The translations under genes and the position numbers were made by a program. A DNA stretch of 58,677 nt from an uncultured Bacillota bacterium. Lineage in GTDB: Bacteria; Bacillota; Clostridia; Caldicoprobacterales; UBA3941. Positions 50,291-57,205 of this stretch are shown piece by piece. The DNA is taken from NCBI GenBank assembly GCA_938003915.1, contig CALKWV010000050.1, positions 1 through 58,677 on the forward strand. Direction: 5' to 3'. Each line of letters begins with the position of its first letter. The first letter of the stretch is position 1. The notes beneath the pieces are model-generated. The model made no database searches, had not been told where the DNA came from, and saw only the letters and a list, made by a program, of their open reading frames with translations.

Positions 50291-51625
50291 CTACACTGGG
50301 TATCCTCCAGTAAAACAGCCTGTGCAAAAGCCGTCATCTCCTCCAATGGCCTTGATAAGCCCCTCCAAGGAAATATAGTATAAAGAATCAGCTCCTAACT
50401 GCTTTCTAATATCTTCAACAGTCATACTTTTGGCCATTAAAAATTCTTCATTGGGAGTATCCATGCCCAGATAACAGGAATGGGTTACTGGAGGCGAACT
50501 TATTCTGACATGGACTTCTTTAGCTCCGGCTTTTTTTAATAATTCTATAATTCTCTTTATTGTAGTTCCTCTTACTATGGAATCATCCACCAACACAACC
50601 CTTTTTCCATTTACGTTATCCTTTAAAACATTTAACTTTATTTTTACCCCTTGCTCTCTTAGCTCCTGAGTTGGCTGAATAAAGGTTCTGCCTACATATC
50701 TATTTTTTATCAAACCATCCCTGTAGGGGATTTTGGATTCTTCCGCATAGCCTACGGCTGATACTATTCCTGAGTCTGGTGCTCCAATTACTATATCTGC
50801 ATCTACAGGGCTTTCTCTGGCCAACTGCCTTCCTATTTCAATTCGTGCTGTATATATACTTCTATTGTCCACCTGACTATCTGGCCTTGCAAAGTATATA
50901 TACTCAAATAGGCAGTGGCTGACCTTGCCTTTCTTTTGACAAACAGTCCTTACTCCATTTTCATCTATGACTATCATTTCTCCAGCATCAATATTTCGAA
51001 TAATGTCTGCTCCAATGGTATCGAAAGCACAGGTTTCAGAGGCTATTATATAGCCATCCTTAATCTTACCTAAGACCATAGGTCTTATGGCATGAGGATC
51101 CCTTGCGGCAATTAGGCTGCTGGCATTCATCATAACTATGCTATAGGAGCCCTTTATATCATCCAAAGCCTTCATAATGGCCTCTTCTAACCTGTCCTTA
51201 TGATATCTTGCTATTAAGTTGGCAATAACCTCTGCATCTAAAGTGCTTTGGAATATTACGCCCTTATCCTCTAATTCATCCCTTAGTGCCTTTGCATTTA
51301 CAATACTTCCATCAAGGCAAAGAGCAAGTGCTCCTTTTCTATAGCCCACAACTAAGGGTTCTACATTGGTTTTATCCTTACTGTCATGGCTTGTAGCATA
51401 CCTAACATGACCTATAGCAATATTTCCTATAAGTCTTTCTATTACATCCTTTGAAAATACTTCATTGACTAATCCCTGCCCCTTATGGTAATCAACAAAG
51501 CCGTTGTTGTTGACTGCTATACCTGTACTGGCTTGGCCTCTATGCTGCAGCGCATATAGACCATAATAGGCAATTTGGGATGCATCCACTCTATTTGGGC
51601 TGTATATTCCAATTATTCCGCTCAA
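50291..51625 (-). CDS. purF: Amidophosphoribosyltransferase with a non-canonical N-terminal nucleophile (Ser instead of Cys)
   Basis: TTG start lies 6 nt after GGAGGG. The PRTase motif VVLVDDSIVRGTT and four Fe-S Cys are present. The N-terminus is M-SGIIGIY instead of M-CG(I/V)xGI. Confidence 0.9.
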   Translation of the reverse strand: MSGIIGIYSPNRVDASQIAYYGLYALQHRGQASTGIAVNNNGFVDYHKGQGLVNEVFSKDVIERLIGNIAIGHVRYATSHDSKDKTNVEPLVVGYRKGALALCLDGSIVNAKALRDELEDKGVIFQSTLDAEVIANLIARYHKDRLEEAIMKALDDIKGSYSIVMMNASSLIAARDPHAIRPMVLGKIKDGYIIASETCAFDTIGADIIRNIDAGEMIVIDENGVRTVCQKKGKVSHCLFEYIYFARPDSQVDNRSIYTARIEIGRQLARESPVDADIVIGAPDSGIVSAVGYAEESKIPYRDGLIKNRYVGRTFIQPTQELREQGVKIKLNVLKDNVNGKRVVLVDDSIVRGTTIKRIIELLKKAGAKEVHVRISSPPVTHSCYLGMDTPNEEFLMAKSMTVEDIRKQLGADSLYYISLEGLIKAIGGDDGFCTGCFTGGYPV

Positions 51626-51636
51626 TATGTTCCCTC

Positions 51637-52119
51637 CTATTGTTCTTGGATGGTTTTGTCCATCTCAGCTACCTCTTCAGCCAATCCCTTTTTATATTCC
51701 TTTAGTTTTTCCTTTAGCTCAGGATACTTAAGTGACAACATTTGTACTGCTAGCAGGGCTCCATTCTCCCCTCCATCTATGGCAACAGTCGCTACCGGAA
51801 CCCCTTTGGGCATTTGAACTACAGATAAAAGGGAGTCTAGTCCATCCATTGTTGAAGATTTTGCCGGAATACCTATAACTGGAAGGTGGGTAACGCCAGC
51901 CATTACCCCGGCTAAATGAGCTGCCTTGCCTGCAATAGCTATAATGACTTCAATCCCTCTTTCTTCTGCCTTTTTTGCAAATTCAAAGGCGGTATAGGGA
52001 GTTCTATGGGCTGATATAACCCTTAGTTCATAATCCACCCCAAATTTGTCTAATATCCCTGTTACCTTATCTCCTAAATGCTTATCGGATATACTTCCCA
52101 TAACAACAGCTACCTTCAA
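51637..52119 (-). CDS. purE: 5-(carboxyamino)imidazole ribonucleotide mutase
   Basis: MGSISD, SAHRTP and AGKAAHLAGVMAG (class I-like 70s loop). TTG start after GGAGGG. Confidence 0.92.
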   Translation of the reverse strand: MKVAVVMGSISDKHLGDKVTGILDKFGVDYELRVISAHRTPYTAFEFAKKAEERGIEVIIAIAGKAAHLAGVMAGVTHLPVIGIPAKSSTMDGLDSLLSVVQMPKGVPVATVAIDGGENGALLAVQMLSLKYPELKEKLKEYKKGLAEEVAEMDKTIQEQ

Positions 52120-52130
52120 TTTAGACCCTC

Positions 52131-55100
52131 CTATTTAAAATATTTAACTCCAGATTCAAATATATTGTGTATTCCCTTTATAGGAACATTTTTGTAAATA
52201 TCTTTACCCATTCTATCTATGGCGCTTACAGTTCCTAATATCCTTCCATCAGGACTGGTAAGAGAATCTATAGCTAAATCAGAACCTGTAGGATTAATAT
52301 CCACAAACTGAGTGGCTATTTGCCCCTTGGCTCCCAGGTCTGCTTTTCCTAAAACTACCCTACCTTCTCTAGTTGCAACTGGTACTGAATAAATATCACC
52401 TACATTCATTCCACTCATCCAGGGAGAAAGGTTGGATACTACTTTGACATCTACTATGGTTGATATAAAGTTGCCCCATAAATTGCTTGTAATAGATGTT
52501 GAATTTTGGTCTGGCTTTGCAATGTATCCTTTTTCTATAAGCCCCAGCTTAATTAAAGCATTTAGTCCACTACCGATTCCTAAAACCAGACCGTCCTTTG
52601 TAGTTATATGCTCATTTAGAACTTCTTTGAGCCTTGGATGGTTAAATAATATATTTATTAGCTTTCCTCCACCTTCAGGCTCGTTGCCCAAGATAAATCC
52701 ATTAGCAAAAACTAGTATCTGGCACTGGCTAATCCTTTTTGCTAATTCATCTATGGACTCTTGGATTTTATCCTTAGTTAGTCCCTTAAATACAAAGGTC
52801 TCAACCTCTGCACCAGCCTCTTTAAACCTAAGCTCAGCATCGTATTCCCCATGAGTTCCTGAAAATATAGGTATTAATACTTTTGGTTTTGTTATGCTTG
52901 TTGCTTTTGTCCTCTTTATCTGGTTTCCTTCCCGATATAGAATTTCATCAGCTTCCACTTTTTCTTTATAAATAGGAAATACATCCTTGAGCGGGCTTTG
53001 CCATTGTTCCATAATTTCCTTGAGGCTTATGGAAACCTCACCTAATCTTATCTCTTCTCTTTCTACAGTTCTACCTACAATAGAGTAGTCTATGCCATCA
53101 AGCAGAGATGCTAAATCTTCTCCCTCTTTTATTTCCAACACAATTGATCCGTATAAAGGTTTATAAATCACGCTTAATATATCAGCATCAAATTCAAAGC
53201 CTATTCCGTTGCCACAGGCCATTTCAGAAATACTTCTTGCAATACCTCCAAATTTTACAGCAGAACTTGATAATACTATGCCTTTATCTACTAATTCTTT
53301 TATCCTGGTATAATTTTTCTTTAGCTGTTCAAAGTCCACCAATCCATTTTCATCAATATTTAGATTTATGACTACAACCTGGGAATTAGGCTCTTTAAAC
53401 TCTTTGGAAACTACATTTTTCACATCCTCTGTAACCACAGCAAAGCTTATAAGAGAAGGGGGTACGTTTATATCTTCAAAGGTACCGCTCATGCTGTCCT
53501 TTCCCCCAATACTAGGTATGTCCAAATTCTTTTGAACCATGAAGGCACCTAATAGGGCAGAAAAAGGTTTGCCCCACTTAGTTGGATCCTCACCTAACCT
53601 TTCAAAATATTCCTGGAAGGTTAGCCTTGCCTTTGTAAAATCTCCTCCTAAAGCTACTATCTTTGCTAGGGATTCTATAACTGCATAGTATCCTCCATGA
53701 AAAGGACTCCATTGGCATAGGCTTGGATCATAACCACAAGTCATTATGGAACAGGTGCTTGTCTTGCCATCTAAAACTGGCAACTTTGCAACCATTCCCT
53801 CCTGGGGAGTTATCTTATTTTTCCCTCCTAGAGGCATTAAAACAGTTCCTGAGCCATAGCTGCTGTCAAAGCTCTCTATTAACCCTTTTTGGCTAGCAGT
53901 GTTAAGATTGCTTATATTTCTAAGGAAATTATCTTTTAAGTCTCCATCCTTGATATACTCCGGATTCCTCTTTAGATATATATCCTCATCTGGTAGTTGA
54001 ACTCTTACTTTGGCTTTATTTCTAATTCCGCCGCTATTTAGGAAATCGCTTTCTAAATCTAATACTGTCTTTCCTCGCCATGTCATTGTAACCCTGTTAT
54101 TATCCGTTACTTCTGCAACTATTGATCCTTCAAGGTCTTCTCTCTCTACAAGCTCCATAAATTTATCTAAGTTCTTCCTATCTATTAACACTGCCATTCT
54201 TTCTTGGGACTCGGAGATAGCTATTTCCCAATCCTTAAGACCTGGATACTTTAGAGGAACTTTATCCAAATTAATATCTAATCCATCTGCCAGCTCTCCT
54301 ACAGCAACAGCGACTCCACCAGCTCCAAAATCGTTGCATTTCTTTATAAGCCGTGTTGTCTCCTTATTTCTAAAAAGCCTTACAATCTTTCGTTCCACTA
54401 TAGGATTTCCTTTTTGTACATCTGTACCCCTTTTTTCTAGAGCCTCTTCAGTATGTTCCTGGGATGAGCCTACAGCAGCACCAATTCCATCCCTTCCAGT
54501 TCTACCACCTATTAATACCACTACATCCCCCGCTTCTGGAGTACCCCTTAATACCCAATCCTTGGGTACGGCAGCCACTAGTGCCCCTAGTTCCATCCTC
54601 TTTGCAGCAAAGCCTTCATGGTAATACTCATTAACATATCCTGTAGCACTGCCTATCTGATAGCCGTAGGATGAGTAGCCTTCCATAGCCGTTCTGGTTA
54701 TCTGCCTTTGTGGTAGCTTTCCAGGTATTGTATCCTCATATTTGTGCCTTGGATCTGCAGCCCCGGTTATTCTCATAGCCTGATATACATATGCCCTTCC
54801 AGACAAAGGATCCCTAATGGCACCACCAAGGCAGGTTGCTGCACCACCAAAGGGTTCTATTTCTGTAGGATGGTTATGGGTTTCATTTTTAAACATTAAA
54901 AGCCATTTTTCAGTCTTTCCATTGTGATCCACGTCTACCTCTATGGAAGCAGCATTTACTTCATCTGTTTCTTCTTTGTCTTCCAGCAATCCCTTCTTCT
55001 TTATTTCTTTCATATTTATAGTTGCCATATCCATAAGGGTAATGGGATTTGGGTTATCTCCATAAACATATTGTCTTGATGCTAAGTATTCTTTTAATGC

Positions 55101-55838
55101 TTGTTCAAAAACTTCCCTTAATTTGCCTTCCTCTATTTCCACATGGGTTATTTCAGTATTAAAGGTTTTGTGCCTACAATGATCAGACCAATAGGTATCT
55201 ATTACCTTTAATTCAGTAACGGTTGGATTTCTGTGAGCATTTTTAAAATATTCCTGACAGAATTGGAGATCCTCTAAATCCATAGCTAGTCCCAAAGATT
55301 TTAACAATTTTTCTAGGCCTTCTTTATCCAAATCTATAAAGCCATCTACAATTTCAACATCATCCGCAATATCCTCTTCTTCTAAAAAGCTTTCTTTATC
55401 AAGGGGAATTTCTCTCGATTCAGTAGGATTGATGTAGTAGGATTTTATTTTTTCAAGATCTGTGTCAGAAATGTTTTTAAGGATTATATACTTAGAATGC
55501 TGGATTTTTACCTTATCATATCCAAGATAGTTATTAACCAATTCATTGGCAGCAGCTTCCCTTTGGTTGTATTGTCCTCCAATATTTTCAACCCTAAAAG
55601 CTTTTTCATCCTTATCAATTGGGGGCATATCTTCGTATAAGTAATCTATGGCTGGTTCATATAGAACCATTTCAATGATATTGTCTATTTCATTTTTCTT
55701 TGCACCATAAATTTCATAAGAGTTTATAACTCTAACTCTTTCAAGGGTCTCTATGCCTAAATAGTCTTTAAATTCAGTGTACAATTCTCTCGCTTCTGAA
55801 TTTACAGCACTCTTTTTTTCGATCAATATTCTTTTCAT
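52131..55838 (-). CDS. purL: Phosphoribosylformylglycinamidine synthase, single-chain clostridial type, with a degenerate glutaminase domain
   Basis: 1235 aa. The synthetase core is conserved (…NETHNHPTEIEPFGGAATCLGGAIRD…). The C-terminal domain of about 250 aa aligns to the PurQ-like glutaminase but lacks the Cys/His/Glu triad. Confidence 0.95.
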   Translation of the reverse strand: MKRILIEKKSAVNSEARELYTEFKDYLGIETLERVRVINSYEIYGAKKNEIDNIIEMVLYEPAIDYLYEDMPPIDKDEKAFRVENIGGQYNQREAAANELVNNYLGYDKVKIQHSKYIILKNISDTDLEKIKSYYINPTESREIPLDKESFLEEEDIADDVEIVDGFIDLDKEGLEKLLKSLGLAMDLEDLQFCQEYFKNAHRNPTVTELKVIDTYWSDHCRHKTFNTEITHVEIEEGKLREVFEQALKEYLASRQYVYGDNPNPITLMDMATINMKEIKKKGLLEDKEETDEVNAASIEVDVDHNGKTEKWLLMFKNETHNHPTEIEPFGGAATCLGGAIRDPLSGRAYVYQAMRITGAADPRHKYEDTIPGKLPQRQITRTAMEGYSSYGYQIGSATGYVNEYYHEGFAAKRMELGALVAAVPKDWVLRGTPEAGDVVVLIGGRTGRDGIGAAVGSSQEHTEEALEKRGTDVQKGNPIVERKIVRLFRNKETTRLIKKCNDFGAGGVAVAVGELADGLDINLDKVPLKYPGLKDWEIAISESQERMAVLIDRKNLDKFMELVEREDLEGSIVAEVTDNNRVTMTWRGKTVLDLESDFLNSGGIRNKAKVRVQLPDEDIYLKRNPEYIKDGDLKDNFLRNISNLNTASQKGLIESFDSSYGSGTVLMPLGGKNKITPQEGMVAKLPVLDGKTSTCSIMTCGYDPSLCQWSPFHGGYYAVIESLAKIVALGGDFTKARLTFQEYFERLGEDPTKWGKPFSALLGAFMVQKNLDIPSIGGKDSMSGTFEDINVPPSLISFAVVTEDVKNVVSKEFKEPNSQVVVINLNIDENGLVDFEQLKKNYTRIKELVDKGIVLSSSAVKFGGIARSISEMACGNGIGFEFDADILSVIYKPLYGSIVLEIKEGEDLASLLDGIDYSIVGRTVEREEIRLGEVSISLKEIMEQWQSPLKDVFPIYKEKVEADEILYREGNQIKRTKATSITKPKVLIPIFSGTHGEYDAELRFKEAGAEVETFVFKGLTKDKIQESIDELAKRISQCQILVFANGFILGNEPEGGGKLINILFNHPRLKEVLNEHITTKDGLVLGIGSGLNALIKLGLIEKGYIAKPDQNSTSITSNLWGNFISTIVDVKVVSNLSPWMSGMNVGDIYSVPVATREGRVVLGKADLGAKGQIATQFVDINPTGSDLAIDSLTSPDGRILGTVSAIDRMGKDIYKNVPIKGIHNIFESGVKYFK

Positions 55839-55883
55839 ATTCTACTCCTCCTTGATAGTCTTATAGACCATTATCTTCGCCAT

Positions 55884-55928
55884 AAACAAAAACCAGTTGA
55901 ATAGGTTAAGCGAAACCTACCCAACTGG
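55884..55928 (-). terminator. Expression-platform terminator of the intra-operon riboswitch
   Basis: CCAGUUGGGUAGG/CCUAUUCAACUGG (with G-U pairs) followed by UUUUUGUUU. Confidence 0.7.
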
Positions 55929-55952
55929 TCCAGAACCTCTAGGTATAGTTTC

Positions 55953-56021
55953 GCTCATAGTCAAATGATTTACGTTCATTTTGTAAAAACGTCTCAACCC
56001 TCTTTTGAGACTTATATGAGC
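55953..56021 (-). promoter_or_regulatory. Purine (guanine-type) riboswitch between purC and purL
   Basis: GCUCAUAUAAGUCUCAAAAGAGGGUUGAGACGUUUUUACAAAAUGAACGUAAAUCAUUUGACUAUGAGC. P1/P2/P3 and C74 are present. It begins 12 nt after the purC stop. Confidence 0.75.
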
Positions 56022-56032
56022 AAAACATTCAA

Positions 56033-56719
56033 CTAATCTTCAAACATCAATTTTTCTAGTTCAAGAGGTTCTACATATTTTCCATCCTTATAGACACGCA
56101 TATTGCCTCCAGAAATTTCATCTATGAGCCCAATATGACCATCTTCTCCAATTCTGCCAAACTCAAACTTTATATCGTATAATTCCAGTCCCTTTCTTTC
56201 AAGCTCGTCTTTTACTAACTTTGCAATTCTTTTAGTTAGCTCTTTGACTTCCTCATACTCTTCCTTAGTCATAATATCTAACATGACAAGACCGTCCTCT
56301 GTAATCAATGGATCATTTCTTTGGTCATCTTTCAAAGTTACTTCAATGTATCCATCAAGAGGCTGCCCTTCCTTCGCATAGGCTCCATAGCGGCGAATAA
56401 AGCTGCCCACAGCCCTATATCTAACTATTACTTCAATACCATTTCCAAATAGTTTTGCAGGCATTACTGTCATTGTGTTATTGTCTAAATCTGCATCTAT
56501 ATAATGAGTTGGAATATTTAGTTCCTTAAGCTTTTCGAAGAAAAATTTAGACATTTTCAAGTTTGATTTTCCCATGCCCTCAATCTTAGAAACCACAGTA
56601 TTTCCACCTGGATCAAATACTCCGTCCTCTCCTGTTACATCATCTTTAAACTTAAAAAGAAAATTTCCATCTTCCAATTTGTAAATATCCTTAGTCTTGC
56701 CCTTGTATACCAATTCCAT
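56033..56719 (-). CDS. purC: Phosphoribosylaminoimidazole-succinocarboxamide synthase
   Basis: Full-length SAICAR synthetase (…LVYKGKTKDIY…, short Firmicute form). SD GAGGTG. Confidence 0.95.
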   Translation of the reverse strand: MELVYKGKTKDIYKLEDGNFLFKFKDDVTGEDGVFDPGGNTVVSKIEGMGKSNLKMSKFFFEKLKELNIPTHYIDADLDNNTMTVMPAKLFGNGIEVIVRYRAVGSFIRRYGAYAKEGQPLDGYIEVTLKDDQRNDPLITEDGLVMLDIMTKEEYEEVKELTKRIAKLVKDELERKGLELYDIKFEFGRIGEDGHIGLIDEISGGNMRVYKDGKYVEPLELEKLMFED

Positions 56720-56745
56720 AATATCACCTCGTAGAAATTATTATA

Positions 56746-56782
56746 CCCAGTCTGGTAGATATGCGAAACCTAGCCGACTGGG
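56746..56782 (-). terminator. Terminator-like hairpin of the tandem riboswitch platform
   Basis: CCCAGUCGGCUAG/CUACCAGACUGGG. The 5' arm overlaps the 3' end of the ykkC-type aptamer. The trailing U-tract (UAUAAUAAUUUCU) is weak. Confidence 0.5.
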
Positions 56783-56870
56783 CTTTTCTCCCTTCGGTGT
56801 AATACTATCAAAAGATAATATCTGTACCGCTCGGACCAGACGAGATTCATTCTCCGGAACCCTAGGTACA
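56770..56870 (-). promoter_or_regulatory. ykkC-family subtype 2 aptamer (PRPP riboswitch-like)
   Basis: ACCUAGGGUUCCGG…CUGGUCCGAGCG…ACACCGAAGGGAGAAAAGCCCAG follows the ykkC fold blocks (CUAGGGUUCCG, GGUCCGAG, ACAC.G..GGGA.AAAAGCCC). It has ACCG where the guanidine-I class has ACGG. It sits immediately 3' of a guanine aptamer and 5' of purC. Confidence 0.6.
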
Positions 56871-56875
56871 CTTTC

Positions 56876-56944
56876 GCTCATAGCCGAATGATTTACGGTC
56901 ATTTTGTAGAAACGTCTCAACCATATTATGAGACTTATATGAGC
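56876..56944 (-). promoter_or_regulatory. Purine riboswitch, guanine type (5' member of the tandem)
   Basis: GCUCAUAUAAGUCUCAUAAUAUGGUUGAGACGUUUCUACAAAAUGACCGUAAAUCAUUCGGCUAUGAGC. Canonical L2 AUAUGG, J2/3 GUUUCUAC, L3 CCGUAAA and C74. Confidence 0.85.
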
Positions 56945-56967
56945 TAAATATTAACTTGTACATCTTA

Positions 56968-56995
56968 ATCATAACATAATGTTTTAGAATGTCAA
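56968..56995 (-). promoter_or_regulatory. SigmaA-like pur operon promoter
   Basis: TTGACA (56990-56995), 16-nt spacer, TATGAT (56968-56973) on the minus strand. Confidence 0.5.
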
Positions 56996-56999
56996 TAAT

Positions 57000-57043
57000 A
57001 AATTTGAACATTTTTTTGTTTTTATAATTGAATGTTCGGATTT
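57000..57043. promoter_or_regulatory. PurBox pair (PurR operator) upstream of the pur promoter
   Basis: The two 13-mers are the same as at 45662-45705: AAATTTGAACATT (57000-57012), an 18-nt gap, then AATGTTCGGATTT (57031-57043, complement AAATCCGAACATT). Confidence 0.6.
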
Positions 57044-57205
57044 GTGGGATTGTTGCCGTTTATTGTTAAATCTAGTTTATAAAGCCAATGTTATTGCTGG
57101 AAATAAAGGTACATTGACATTGTCATTTAAATTTATATATAATATTCATTTGTTCGTCCAAATGGCAATTTATATCTTAATTAAACGAGGTGTCCAATTA
57201 TAACC

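Noticed and set aside
51637-52119. No purK, purB, purQ or purS in the cluster. I considered whether PurE is a class II AIR carboxylase.
   Set aside because: The PurE 70s loop (AGKAAHLAGVMAG) looks class I-like, so purK is probably elsewhere. purQ and purS are not expected with a single-chain PurL. Absence from one window is not evidence of absence from the genome.
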